From Candidatus Aenigmatarchaeota archaeon (lineage in GTDB: Archaea; Aenigmatarchaeota; Aenigmatarchaeia; CG10238-14; SCSR01): a stretch of 64,000 nucleotides of DNA. The DNA is taken from contig JAVZHQ010000001.1 in assembly GCA_038998335.1 (NCBI GenBank), forward strand, positions 256,001 to 320,000, given 5' to 3'. Numbering within the stretch: position 1 is the stretch's first letter; every line of letters begins with the position of its first letter. Below are positions 9,436 to 19,318 of this stretch, one piece after another. The position numbers and the translations under genes were made by a program. The notes beneath the pieces were generated by a model, which was not told the DNA's origin, did no database searches, and worked only from the letters and a program-made list of their open reading frames with translations.

Positions 9436-10188
9436 ATGGTAGATTTCAAAAAATTTAATACTTTCATTTTTGATTTAGATGGAACTGTTTGGAACTGGGT
9501 AAGTTTGCTCCCAGGAGTAAAAGAAATTATTCAAAAATTAAAAAAAGAAGGAAAGCAAGTTCTTTTTGTCTCAAATAATAGTATGCTTTGTAGGAAGAAA
9601 ATGGCAGAAAAACTGAGAAGCTTTGGGATAGAGCTTAAAGAAAATGATTTAATAACTTCAAGTTTTGTTGCTGCAAATTACTTAAAAATTAAAGATGCTA
9701 CTGCATTTCCTATAGGAGAAGGAGTAAAAGAAGAGTTGGAAGAAAATGGTGTAAAAATTGATGAAAATAAACCAGAATATTTGGTTGTTGGCCAAGACTT
9801 AAGCTTTAACTATGAGAAACTGATGAAAGCTTACGAAATAGTAAAAAATGGAGCAAAGATATTAGCCACAGCAAGAGGAAAGGTTTATTTTGAAGGAGAA
9901 AAGTTGATGCCAGCTACAGGAGTTTGGGTTAGCGCTATAGAATACATAACAGATAAAAAAGCGAAGCTTATAGGCAAACCTTCTAACGAAATGTTAGAAA
10001 CTATTCAGCTTTTTGTTTGTTCTCCAAGAAAAGAAACTGTTTTGATTGGTGATGAATGTGATTCAGATATAATGGCAGGAAAGATTCTTGGTTACTATAC
10101 TGTTTTGGTTAAAACAGGAATAGATAAAGAGGCAAAGAAAGTTAAACCAGACTTGATAATAGATTCTTTAGAAGAAATAAAGATTTAA
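9436..10188 (+). CDS. HAD-IIA (NagD-like) phosphatase
   Basis: FDLDGT, VSNN, IGKPS, IGDECDSDI. Confidence 0.9.
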   Translation: MVDFKKFNTFIFDLDGTVWNWVSLLPGVKEIIQKLKKEGKQVLFVSNNSMLCRKKMAEKLRSFGIELKENDLITSSFVAANYLKIKDATAFPIGEGVKEELEENGVKIDENKPEYLVVGQDLSFNYEKLMKAYEIVKNGAKILATARGKVYFEGEKLMPATGVWVSAIEYITDKKAKLIGKPSNEMLETIQLFVCSPRKETVLIGDECDSDIMAGKILGYYTVLVKTGIDKEAKKVKPDLIIDSLEEIKI

Positions 10189-10610
10189 TCACTTACTTTT
10201 CTTAGATATTTTTTGTACCAGTTCTGAATCGAGGATTTAACGTTTATCTTTCTAACTAAAGCTTTAAGTTCGCTTAATCCTGCTCGGAAGTGCCACTTTC
10301 CTTTTTTTGTTATAGAATAAACTCTCCTTGGTTTTTCGGCTATAATCGTTTGAGATTCTACAAGACCTCTTTCTTCTAAGGACCAAAGAGTTGGATAAAC
10401 TGTGCTTGCTCCTGGATTATAACCAAACTTTTCTCTTAAATTTTTCATAATCTTATAGCCATGAAGATTTCCGTAATGTTCCAAAAAATAAAGTATGAGC
10501 AAGTCTATACAGCTTCTAACCCATCTTTTTCTGTATTGCCTAGCAATATCTCCATAATTTTCAGTAGACAAAATTACTGGATATTTTTGAGTTACTTGTG
10601 GAAAACTCAT
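10185..10610 (-). CDS. PadR-family transcriptional regulator
   Basis: LHGYKIMK, STVYPTLWSLEERGLV, RRVYSITKKG; start set at ATG 10610. Confidence 0.85.
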   Translation of the reverse strand: MSFPQVTQKYPVILSTENYGDIARQYRKRWVRSCIDLLILYFLEHYGNLHGYKIMKNLREKFGYNPGASTVYPTLWSLEERGLVESQTIIAEKPRRVYSITKKGKWHFRAGLSELKALVRKINVKSSIQNWYKKYLRKVSD

Positions 10611-10688
10611 GAAAATTAAAGGAAAAGTAAACTTTTTATGTTTTTCTAAAACCATTTAATTTTTAAGTTCAAAATAATAAATCTATAG

Positions 10689-12368
10689 GTGATTAATTTC
10701 GAGAAAGAAAGATGGCTTGTAACAGCAGCCTTACCTTATGTGAACAATATCCCACATGTAGGTAACATAGTAGGTTCTCATTTACCAGCAGATATTTTTG
10801 CAAGATTTCTAAGACTTTTTGGTTATGATGTTGTTTTTGTTGGTGGTACTGATGAGCATGGTTCACCAACAGAAGTTGCAGCTTTTAAAGCTGGGTTAAG
10901 CCCAAAGGATTTTTGCGACAAACTATACAAGGTTCATAAGCTTATATACGATTGGTTTGGTATAAGCTACGACAACTTTTCTAGAACTTCTAAAGAAATA
11001 AATCATAAGGTTACGACTGAGATTTTTTTAAGATTGTTTAAGAATGGGTTTATAATAAGAAAGAAACTTTTGCTTCCTTATTGTGCGATAGATAAAAGAT
11101 TTTTGCCTGACAGGTGGGTAGAAGGCACGTGCCCTTATTGTGGTTATAAGCCTGCAAGAGGCGATCAATGTGAATCTTGCACTCGTTTGCTAGATCCTTC
11201 TGAACTTATAGAACCTTATTGTATAATTTGTAAAAACAAACCAGAAATAAAAGAGGTAGAGCATTTATTCTTAGACTTGCCGAAACTTGAAAAGCAGCTT
11301 GAAGAATGGATAAAAGAAAACAAACATTGGAAGCCTAACGTGAGAAATTTAGCTTTATCTTGGATAAAAGAAGGTTTGAAACCAAGATGCATTTCAAGAG
11401 ATTTAAAATGGGGGATTCAAATTCCTCTAGAAGGATTCAAGGATAAAGTTTTCTATTGCTGGTTTGATGCTCCTATTGGTTACATTTCTTCAACAGTTGA
11501 ATGGGCTGAAAAGATTGGTAAACCAGAAGAATGGAGAAAGTATTGGCAGGAAAAAAGTTCAAAAATAGTTCATTTTATAGGAAAGGATAATATTGTTTTT
11601 CACACGATAATCTGGCCTGCTATTTTGATGGGGACTGGAGAGTTTAATCTTCCTTATCAAGTTGGTGGTTTAGAGTTCTTAAACTATGAAGGAGATAAGA
11701 TTTCAAAAAGTAGAAACTGGGGAGTTTTTCTAGATGTTGAAAACGATAAGGTTATAGTAAAGGTTGGTGAAAAGAAAATAGATATTGAGCCTGATTATTT
11801 GAGGTTTTACTTAAGCTTGATAATGCCTGAGACAAAAGATTCAAACTTTGTTTGGAAGGAATTTGAAAAGAAGGTTAACGCTGAGCTTGTTGGTAATTTT
11901 GGGAATCTTGTTTTTAGAGTTTTGATTTTTGTTAGAAACAATTTTAATTCTACAGTTCCTGAGCCTGAAAAGCTGGGAAGAAAAGAGAATAACTTGATTA
12001 AAAAGATAACTGCTACAAAAAATTCTGTGAAAGAACTTGTTTTGCAACTTAAGTTTAGAGATGCCTTGAAAAAGATTTTAAGTTTGAGTAAGGCTGGTAA
12101 CGCTTACTTCCAAAGCAAAAAGCCTTGGGAAAATCTTAAGGAAAACCCTGAAGATTGTAGAACAACCTTATTTGTTAGTGTGCATTTGGTTAAAGCTTTA
12201 GCTATACTTCTCGAGCCTTTTATTCCTTTCGCCTCTGAAAAAATTTGGTCTCAGCTTAACTTGGAAGGCTCAGTTCATAAGCAAGATTTTGATAGCTTAG
12301 ATAAGCTTGATATCCAACCTGGACATAAAATTGGAAAAGTTGAGCCTTTGTTCAAGAAGTTTGAGTAA
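10689..12368 (+). CDS. metG: Methionyl-tRNA synthetase, catalytic subunit without C-terminal EMAP domain
   Basis: ALPYVNNIPHVGN, GTDEHG, Zn knuckles, KISKS. Confidence 0.95.
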   Translation: MINFEKERWLVTAALPYVNNIPHVGNIVGSHLPADIFARFLRLFGYDVVFVGGTDEHGSPTEVAAFKAGLSPKDFCDKLYKVHKLIYDWFGISYDNFSRTSKEINHKVTTEIFLRLFKNGFIIRKKLLLPYCAIDKRFLPDRWVEGTCPYCGYKPARGDQCESCTRLLDPSELIEPYCIICKNKPEIKEVEHLFLDLPKLEKQLEEWIKENKHWKPNVRNLALSWIKEGLKPRCISRDLKWGIQIPLEGFKDKVFYCWFDAPIGYISSTVEWAEKIGKPEEWRKYWQEKSSKIVHFIGKDNIVFHTIIWPAILMGTGEFNLPYQVGGLEFLNYEGDKISKSRNWGVFLDVENDKVIVKVGEKKIDIEPDYLRFYLSLIMPETKDSNFVWKEFEKKVNAELVGNFGNLVFRVLIFVRNNFNSTVPEPEKLGRKENNLIKKITATKNSVKELVLQLKFRDALKKILSLSKAGNAYFQSKKPWENLKENPEDCRTTLFVSVHLVKALAILLEPFIPFASEKIWSQLNLEGSVHKQDFDSLDKLDIQPGHKIGKVEPLFKKFE

Positions 12369-12401
12369 AGGATTTAAAAATAGAACAAGAAATTAAATAG
12401 C

Positions 12402-12731
12402 ATGGCAGAAATATCTTTCGCTCAATTCAAAGAGCTTGACTTAAGAGTAGGGAAAGTTTTGGAAGCCGAGCAAATACCAAACTCAAGGAATTTGATCAAG
12501 CTAATAGTCGATTTTGGAACAGAAAAAAGGCAAGCAGTTGCTGGGCTTGTGGGTTATTATAAGCCTGAAGAGCTTGTTGGAAACAAGTATGTTTTTATCC
12601 TTAACCTGGAGAGGAAAAAGTTTTTTGGAATAGAAAGTCAATGTATGATTCTTGCTGCAGAAGATGGTAAAGGAAATGTGGTTTTGATAAAGCCAGAAAA
12701 AGATATAGAAGAAGGAAGTAAGATAACTTAA
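12402..12731 (+). CDS. Stand-alone tRNA-binding OB protein (MetRS C-terminal / Trbp111-like)
   Basis: LDLRVGKV, NLERKKFFGIESQCMILAA; directly follows metG. Confidence 0.9.
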   Translation: MAEISFAQFKELDLRVGKVLEAEQIPNSRNLIKLIVDFGTEKRQAVAGLVGYYKPEELVGNKYVFILNLERKKFFGIESQCMILAAEDGKGNVVLIKPEKDIEEGSKIT

Positions 12732-12777
12732 ACTTTTTGGTTATGATTTTAAATTCTTTTCTTTTCTTTATTTAATT

Positions 12778-13935
12778 GTGAAGTATGAGATTTCTTTGAT
12801 AAGGAAGTTTGACGAAAAAGTAAGAGAAATGGAAAATAACTTTGAAAAAATAATCAAGGCGCACATAGGTGACGTAAAATATCCTTATCCTCAATTTATA
12901 GAAGATGTTTTATGTGATTACATAAAAGGGAAGTATGATGGTGTTCTCTACAAAGGAAGCCCTATGCTTGGAAAATGGAGTAAGTATTCTCCGTTTAAAG
13001 GATTTCCTATAGTTAGAGAAGCGATAGCTGAAAATGAAGATGTTGAAGCAGATAACATTTTGCCGTGTGTAGGAGCGATGGGAGGTATTTTTGTAAGCTT
13101 AAAGGCTGTTTCTGAGCTAGGAGTGAAAAAAGTTTTTATTCCTGACGTTGGCTTTAACCCCTACTATATTAACTCTGCTTCACTTTCTGGTCTTAAAATT
13201 TTTTTGTATAACATAAAACCTACTAACGGAAGAGTTGAAGTTGAGATGCCTGAACCAGTAGAAAATTCTTGTATACTCATAAACTTTCCCCATAATCCTA
13301 CAGGCTACATTGCCGAAGAAAACAAGCTCGAGACTTTGATGAAAAAAGCTAGGGAAAAGGAGAATTGTTGGATTATTTCAGACAATCCCTATAAGCATAT
13401 TTACTTGAGGAAAAAACCTACAAACTTAATTTCTCTTTCAAGAAAGTTGGATTTTAAAAATTTTGTAGAGATAGTGAGTTTTTCTAAGCTCGGGCCTGTT
13501 CCAGGAGTTAGAACTGGTTATATATACGGAGAAGAGCAATTCATAGAAAAGGCAAGTTCTATCCAGTTCAACACTCTTGTGCACCCTCCAAATTTGTCTC
13601 AAATTCTTCTTTATTTTTTCGCAAAAGAGAAGGATAAAATGGATAAACATTATGCAAGTTTAAGAGAAGAGATGAAAGAAAGGGAAAAAATTTTAGAGAA
13701 GTTGGATAAGAGAATAGAAAGAGTCCCACCAGACGGTGCAATCTATGAAATGGTAAGGGTGGGGAAAGATGACGTAAAGATTTGTGAGGAAATTTTAGAG
13801 AAGAAAAAGGTTTCTCTCGCTCCTGGAAGTGGGTTTGGGAATAATGGAAAAGGTTGGACAAGAATAGCTTTTGGTGCTTTAGAGAGAGAAGAAATAGAAG
13901 AATTAGTGGAAAGGCTGAACGAGTTTTTACTTTAA
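12778..13935 (+). CDS. PLP-dependent aminotransferase class I/II
   Basis: NFPHNPTG, SDNPY, SFSK...GVRTGY, PGSGFG...RIAF. Confidence 0.9.
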   Translation: MKYEISLIRKFDEKVREMENNFEKIIKAHIGDVKYPYPQFIEDVLCDYIKGKYDGVLYKGSPMLGKWSKYSPFKGFPIVREAIAENEDVEADNILPCVGAMGGIFVSLKAVSELGVKKVFIPDVGFNPYYINSASLSGLKIFLYNIKPTNGRVEVEMPEPVENSCILINFPHNPTGYIAEENKLETLMKKAREKENCWIISDNPYKHIYLRKKPTNLISLSRKLDFKNFVEIVSFSKLGPVPGVRTGYIYGEEQFIEKASSIQFNTLVHPPNLSQILLYFFAKEKDKMDKHYASLREEMKEREKILEKLDKRIERVPPDGAIYEMVRVGKDDVKICEEILEKKKVSLAPGSGFGNNGKGWTRIAFGALEREEIEELVERLNEFLL

Positions 13936-13960
13936 ATTTTCTTAAATCAAAAAAATTTAT

Positions 13961-14431
13961 ATGAAGAAAGTTAGGGATTTCATGAATTGTAACGTTATTT
14001 TTGTAAGTCCTGAAGACTCAATTTTTAAGGCCGCAAAGATTTTTTGCGATAAAAACATCTCTGGAGCTCCGGTAGTAGAAGAAGGAAAAGTTGTAGGAGT
14101 TATAAGCATTTCCGATATAATAAGGTTTGTTAGCATGAAACTACAAAAAGCAGATTTGGCACAAATCCCTTCCTTAAGCTTGCTTTTATTCGATTTTATA
14201 AAAAGCAGTAAAGAATACTTACAAATGAAAAAAGAAATAAACAAGATTTTGAAAGTGAAGGTAAGAGATGTTATGAGTAAGGAAGTTGTTTCAGTAAACC
14301 CAGAAGCTAGCCTAATAGAGGCAGCTTCGCTGATGGAGAAAAATGATGTTAATAGGTTACCAGTAATAGAAAACGACAAGCTTGTTGGAATAATAGCTAG
14401 AGAAGACTTGATAAAGGCTCTTATAGAATAA
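13961..14431 (+). CDS. CBS-domain pair protein
   Basis: ISGAPVVEEGKVVGVISISD; VNRLPVIENDKLVGIIARED. Confidence 0.9.
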   Translation: MKKVRDFMNCNVIFVSPEDSIFKAAKIFCDKNISGAPVVEEGKVVGVISISDIIRFVSMKLQKADLAQIPSLSLLLFDFIKSSKEYLQMKKEINKILKVKVRDVMSKEVVSVNPEASLIEAASLMEKNDVNRLPVIENDKLVGIIAREDLIKALIE

Positions 14432-14900
14432 AAGGAATCCTTCTACTTTTTGGAATCATATTTTTTATACCTTGCTCAGTAAGCAAACTACTTCCAAGTA
14501 TTTTATCCTTGAATTTAACTATGGCAAAGTTGTGATATTCACAGTTTATTTCTTTTTCCGGTTTAACGTCCAAGCCTTGCATAAATTTTAAAACATTCTC
14601 TTCGCTTAGAATTGCTATGTTTTTTGTTGCACTTTTTCCAACAATTTGTGAACCTTCTATGGTTAAATGGATCTTTTCATTTCTTTTTAATTTGCCGAAG
14701 TTAAAGCCTAAAGAATTGACTTTAAGCTTTGAAAAATCAAAACTTAAAACTTCTTTGCTTGTCAGCCAAATTTTTTCTTCCTTATCCTTTGCTACGCCAA
14801 AATCTTTTAAACTGATTTTTGCTCCGTAATTTTTTTCCAAAATTCTCTCTAATTCTTTTACTTCTTCCCTACTTAGAAAAGTTATTTTCTTAACTTGCAT
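14421..14900 (-). CDS. Nip7-like/PUA partner of NOP2-family methyltransferase
   Basis: SLGFNFG, LTIEGSQIVG, NMIPKSRR; overlaps the m5C MTase gene. Confidence 0.7.
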   Translation of the reverse strand: MQVKKITFLSREEVKELERILEKNYGAKISLKDFGVAKDKEEKIWLTSKEVLSFDFSKLKVNSLGFNFGKLKRNEKIHLTIEGSQIVGKSATKNIAILSEENVLKFMQGLDVKPEKEINCEYHNFAIVKFKDKILGSSLLTEQGIKNMIPKSRRIPFIL

Positions 14901-15769
14901 ACAAAAAACCCCTCTGTTTTCTGAGAGGGAATAATTCTTAAAGCTTTAGCCAAAGATTTATCAAACTCTTTTCCTTCAAACTCAGTTAAACCTTTAACAC
15001 AAGGAAGTTTAAGGTTTATTTCCTCTAATTTTAAACCAAGCTTTTTAACCGCAAAATCTATAACCTCTTCGTTTTCCATCGGTTCTATAGAGCAGGTTGA
15101 ATAAACTAAGGTTCCGTTCTCTTTCAAACATTTGGAAGCAGAAATTATCAGTTTTTTTTGCAAATTTTGTAAAGCTTTTATACTTGTTAAACTTGTTTGT
15201 TGGAATATTCTTTCTTTAAGTTGACCTGTGCCTGAGCATGGTGCATCTAAAAGAATTTTGTCAAACTTTAAACCAAGTTTCCAAAACCTTTCTCCAAAAT
15301 GCATAGTTATTATTGTGTTAGCAACTCCACATCTTTGCAAGTTTCCTCTCAAAGCTTTTATTCTCTTGTAGGTTATGTCGTTAGCGATTATTACTCCTTT
15401 ATTTTCCATCATAGCAGCAATCTGAGTTGTTTTTGCTCCGGGAGCTGCACATAAGTCAAGGATTAATTCCTCAGAGTTAGGTTCTAAAACTAGAGGAGGA
15501 ATCATGCTAGAAGCATTTTGAATAAAAAAATAACCTAGAACATGCTCTATAGTTTTTGCTAAATTTTCTTGAGTTCTTACCCAAAAACCTTCTTTTATCC
15601 AAGGTATTCTTTCATATTCAAAACCTTTTTCTTCAAAAAGTTTGATTGCTTCGTCTACCGAAAACTTTAAAGTATTTATTCTAACATGCCACAAAGGTAG
15701 AAAAGGTTCAGCAAATTTTTCTTTAAAGCCTGGATAGATTTTTTCATATCTTTCTAGCTCTAAGGTCAT
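14882..15769 (-). CDS. RsmB/NOP2-family RNA m5C methyltransferase
   Basis: LDLCAAPGAKT, LLDAPCSGTG, VYSTCS. Confidence 0.95.
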   Translation of the reverse strand: MTLELERYEKIYPGFKEKFAEPFLPLWHVRINTLKFSVDEAIKLFEEKGFEYERIPWIKEGFWVRTQENLAKTIEHVLGYFFIQNASSMIPPLVLEPNSEELILDLCAAPGAKTTQIAAMMENKGVIIANDITYKRIKALRGNLQRCGVANTIITMHFGERFWKLGLKFDKILLDAPCSGTGQLKERIFQQTSLTSIKALQNLQKKLIISASKCLKENGTLVYSTCSIEPMENEEVIDFAVKKLGLKLEEINLKLPCVKGLTEFEGKEFDKSLAKALRIIPSQKTEGFFVCKLRK

Positions 15770-15821
15770 AAAATTAAGTAAGATTTTTTATTATTTTAAA
15801 CCAATTAATTATTAGAAGAAA

Positions 15822-16304
15822 ATGGTAGCCACAATCGAGAAATACCCTTTGGAGAAAAGGAAGATAATCAAAAAAACTGTAAAAGCAACTTTTTGGGCTT
15901 ATGTTTTCTTCTTCATAGGGCCACTATGGCTTCACTTTTTTTTCTTTGAAATGTTTAAGTATCATCTTATTATTCTAGACTTCCTTTTTGCTATCTTCCC
16001 AATCGTGGAATTTTTGTACCAGCGAGAATATTTCAAAAGATACTTTTACGACGCAAAAAAGGATTTCTTGGTTATAAGGAAAGGTGTTTTTATGCCAAGA
16101 GAAACTATTTTACCTTATGAGAAGCTACAAGATGTTTATGTCGATCAAGATGTTTTTGACAGGATTTTCAGACTTTATGATGTTCATGTTTCTACTGCAA
16201 CTTTTATGTCAGGGTTCGAAGCTCATATAGATGGTGTAAATAAAGAAAATGCAGAAGCAATAAGAGAAATAATACTTGAAAACATTCGCAAGAACAAGAA
16301 GTGA
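15822..16304 (+). CDS. Membrane protein with one bacterial PH (bPH_2) domain, YdbS-like
   Basis: 2 TM segments, then LVIRKGV...LPYEKLQDVYVDQDVFDRIF. Confidence 0.8.
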   Translation: MVATIEKYPLEKRKIIKKTVKATFWAYVFFFIGPLWLHFFFFEMFKYHLIILDFLFAIFPIVEFLYQREYFKRYFYDAKKDFLVIRKGVFMPRETILPYEKLQDVYVDQDVFDRIFRLYDVHVSTATFMSGFEAHIDGVNKENAEAIREIILENIRKNKK

Positions 16305-16308
16305 ATGT

Positions 16309-17745
16309 ATGGCTGATTTAACCAAAAAGGTTTATAAGCCAGACTGTTTAAGAGGAGTTTTAAGTTATTCGTTCATTTTTCTGTTCGTTTTGTTAATATT
16401 TCTTCTTCCGTCCGGAAGGTTCCTCTTCGTATTTTTCTTGTTTATCCTTTTACTTTTTTTGATAGGAGTGTTTGTATTTTACTTGCGCCTTAAAGTCCAA
16501 TCTTATGAGTTGAGAGATGATGGAATTTTAATTAAAAGTGGTATAATAGCAAAAAAACAAGCTCTTGTACTTTATTCTGAAATTCAAGATGTGCAAGAGC
16601 AACAGTTTATCACAGAAAGAATATTTGGCATAGAGAATTTAACTATCCTTACTCTAGCAAAACTTAGGCCTGCTTCGCTGGTTTGCCTTAAAAAGGACGA
16701 AGCAGTCCGAATAAAACAATTTTTATTGTCCAAAGCTAAGATTAGTAAAGAAGGAGTTAAGCCTAAAGTAGCTACTAAAGCTATTTCCAAACAATACGAA
16801 ATCCATCCCGTGAAGAAAACTTTAGCTGTGATACTTCCTTTCTTCTTACTTTTAATTTTTGGTTCTGGTATTTCTTTCCTTCTAGGGGTTGATCTTGTTC
16901 TCATAGCGATTTTGGTTTCTTTCTTTCTATTGTTTCCTATATTTTTCTTGGTAGGTGCCGCTATAGAGAAGATTTCTTTCAGGTTGTACTTTACAGAGGA
17001 CGTAGTTTCTATAGGAAGAGAATTCTTGAGTAAGAATTTTGTGAATTTGCCTTATGAAAAAATCCAAGACGTTTCAATATTTAGAGGCCCTTTTGACAGA
17101 CTTTTAGGCTTTGCAGGAATTGTTATAGAAACTGGTGAAGGTCTAGCTTATGTAGGTAGTGGAAGAAGTAGATATGCTTTGAACATAATCTCAAACCTCT
17201 ATTATAAAGATGCGTTAGAAATTAGAGAGTTTATTCTCAAAAAAAGTGGAATAAAAAATTTAAAAACCGAATTTTTGAGAAATGAATTTCCGCTGGAGAA
17301 AAGAAAAATTTTAAAAAAAAGTGTTAGTTCAACTTTCTGGCTGTCTTTATTCTTAGCTATCGCAACTTCTGTCATTTATCCACTCGGGCAATTCTGGGGC
17401 AGTTTACTTCTACGCTTTTTCCCAATTTTTCCTGTCGCCTTTTTCTTAATTAAACTTGTTTATGAAACTTTTTACTTCAAAAGTTATAGCTATTCTGATA
17501 ACGAAGAGATATTAAGCTTGAAAAAAGGCGTGATTAAAATTACTGAAGTAACTATTCCTTACAAAAAAGTCGAGAATGTTTTTGTTGATCAAGATTTATT
17601 TGATAGGATTTTCAAGCTTTATGATGTTCATCTTTCAACTATAGGTACTGTTTCACAAATGGAATTGCATATCGATGGTGTTTCAAGAGAAACTGCTGAA
17701 AAATTAAAAAATTGGTTATTGAATAGAATTAGGGTAAGAAAATGA
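16309..17745 (+). CDS. Membrane protein with three bPH_2 domains, YdbT-like
   Basis: Three TM-pair plus YxxIQDV/ENV...RxF units; start set at ATG 16309. Confidence 0.8.
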   Translation: MADLTKKVYKPDCLRGVLSYSFIFLFVLLIFLLPSGRFLFVFFLFILLLFLIGVFVFYLRLKVQSYELRDDGILIKSGIIAKKQALVLYSEIQDVQEQQFITERIFGIENLTILTLAKLRPASLVCLKKDEAVRIKQFLLSKAKISKEGVKPKVATKAISKQYEIHPVKKTLAVILPFFLLLIFGSGISFLLGVDLVLIAILVSFFLLFPIFFLVGAAIEKISFRLYFTEDVVSIGREFLSKNFVNLPYEKIQDVSIFRGPFDRLLGFAGIVIETGEGLAYVGSGRSRYALNIISNLYYKDALEIREFILKKSGIKNLKTEFLRNEFPLEKRKILKKSVSSTFWLSLFLAIATSVIYPLGQFWGSLLLRFFPIFPVAFFLIKLVYETFYFKSYSYSDNEEILSLKKGVIKITEVTIPYKKVENVFVDQDLFDRIFKLYDVHLSTIGTVSQMELHIDGVSRETAEKLKNWLLNRIRVRK

Positions 17746-17969
17746 GGGGCGAATATACCGAGCTTACATGTCCTTTTTGTGATAAGGGAAGAATACAAGC
17801 GTGGTATATTCCAGGAGCAATAAGTGTTAAGAGAGGAAGCTGTAGAAGCTTGCCAAGGTTTACAAAACACAAAAGTTCAGATGTTTGGATAATAAAATCT
17901 GGTTGCGAAGTTTGTGGTAAGTCGCAAGAGGAAGTTGAAAAAGAATTGAGGAGAAAGGGGATTATCTAG
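17742..17969 (+). CDS. Small zinc-ribbon protein
   Basis: CPFC...CEVC; ATGA overlap with upstream gene. Confidence 0.65.
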   Translation: MRGEYTELTCPFCDKGRIQAWYIPGAISVKRGSCRSLPRFTKHKSSDVWIIKSGCEVCGKSQEEVEKELRRKGII

Positions 17970-18138
17970 AAAGTTTTTTCCAAGCATAGCTAAGAGTTTC
18001 GTAAAGAGCAGTGCAGCCCCCATAGACTACAAAAGAAGCAAGAATATCCTTTAGAGCTTCAGGATTTTTAGAGGCATAATAGCTTAAATAACCTAAGGCA
18101 CAAGCTCCAGCGAGGTAACCTAAGTTTTTGAGCTTCAT
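17962..18138 (-). CDS. 58-aa membrane protein (absent from ORF track)
   Basis: MKLKNLGYLAGACALGYLSYYASKNPEALKDILASFVVYGGCTALYETLSYAWKKLSR; fills the intergenic gap; two hydrophobic segments. Confidence 0.55.
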   Translation of the reverse strand: MKLKNLGYLAGACALGYLSYYASKNPEALKDILASFVVYGGCTALYETLSYAWKKLSR

Positions 18139-18169
18139 GATTAAAAGTTAAAAAGAAAACTATAAAAAA

Positions 18170-18835
18170 TTATCGAACAATTTTAAGTAATTCCTCTATG
18201 CTTTTAATTTCAAAATCTGCTTTTCCTCTTTCTTTTCTTTCTTGTCCATACTTTGCAAGTACAGTTTTGATTCCAAGCCTTTTCGCTGGTTTTATGTCTC
18301 TTTCTACAGAATCCCCAACTAAAAGAACTTCTTCTGGCTTAAGTTCAAGTTTTTTTAAAGCAAGTTTTAAAGGCTCTAAACTTGCTTTTTCTTTTCCTGT
18401 ATCTTCTTTTCCGATAAGAAAATCAAAATAATCATCAATTCCAAGAGCTAAAACTCTTTGATACGCTTTAAGCTTAGGAGCATCTGTAACTATTACAAGT
18501 CTTAACCCAAATTTTCTCAACTTTTTAAGAGTAGATTTAACCTTTGGGTAAGGTTTAAGGAATTTTTGTTTTTTCTCAAGGTAAGCGTTTATCCCAGCTG
18601 CTAAAATTTTCTCGCTTAGAAAGCCTTGATTTTCCAAGAATTTTTCAAAAGCTTTGTCTGATTCTATCCCAACTTTAAAATAGGTTTTCATAAGTTTTTT
18701 GTAAGCTTTTTTAAAAGGAAGTCTCAAGCCTTTTTTTATCATTGCTTTAACAGCTGCCTTACAAGCTTCTTGCTTCATCTTTATAAAATCTATTAGAGTA
18801 TTGTCCAAATCAAAAATTATTGCCTTGATTTTCAT
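18170..18835 (-). CDS. HAD-IA hydrolase
   Basis: IFDLDNTL, VTD, VGDSVERDI. Confidence 0.9.
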   Translation of the reverse strand: MKIKAIIFDLDNTLIDFIKMKQEACKAAVKAMIKKGLRLPFKKAYKKLMKTYFKVGIESDKAFEKFLENQGFLSEKILAAGINAYLEKKQKFLKPYPKVKSTLKKLRKFGLRLVIVTDAPKLKAYQRVLALGIDDYFDFLIGKEDTGKEKASLEPLKLALKKLELKPEEVLLVGDSVERDIKPAKRLGIKTVLAKYGQERKERGKADFEIKSIEELLKIVR

Positions 18836-18868
18836 AAACTTTATTTTTGAATTAAACCTAATTAAGGA

Positions 18869-19318
18869 TTACGTAACGTCTTCCCTTGTAAAGATCCTTT
18901 CGCAAAAATAGCATCTTAACTTTAAAGGCTCTTTTTCCTCCACTATAAACTTTGTTTCCACTTCTTCATAATTTGTTATACAGTTTTTGTTTGGGCATTT
19001 AATCACACCTTCCAACATTTCAGGCAAGGAAATTTTTCTTTTTTCAACAACTTTCCAGCTTCTTATAATGTTTAGAGTTGCAGAAGGAGCTATTAAAGCA
19101 ATTCTGCTTACTTCTTTTTCTGTTAACTCTCGGTTTTCAACTTTAACTACATCTTTTTTTCCTAGTTTTTTGCTTTGAACGTTCATTAGGATTACGCTGG
19201 TAGAATTATTTTCTTCTAGGTTTAAAAGGGATGCGACCTTTAACCCTAGGTTGGCTGGAATGTGATCTATCACTGTACCGTTTTCTATTTTTCTTACAAG
19301 CAATTCTTTCTCGCTCAT
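18869..19318 (-). CDS. pyrI: Aspartate carbamoyltransferase regulatory subunit
   Basis: IENGTVIDHI, CPNKNCITN, CYFC. Confidence 0.95.
   Translation of the reverse strand: MSEKELLVRKIENGTVIDHIPANLGLKVASLLNLEENNSTSVILMNVQSKKLGKKDVVKVENRELTEKEVSRIALIAPSATLNIIRSWKVVEKRKISLPEMLEGVIKCPNKNCITNYEEVETKFIVEEKEPLKLRCYFCERIFTREDVT

Noticed and set aside
10689-12731. Split MetRS as a frameshift or novelty
   Set aside because: Clean stop, 33-nt spacer and its own ATG. Free-standing Trbp111-like genes are well known.
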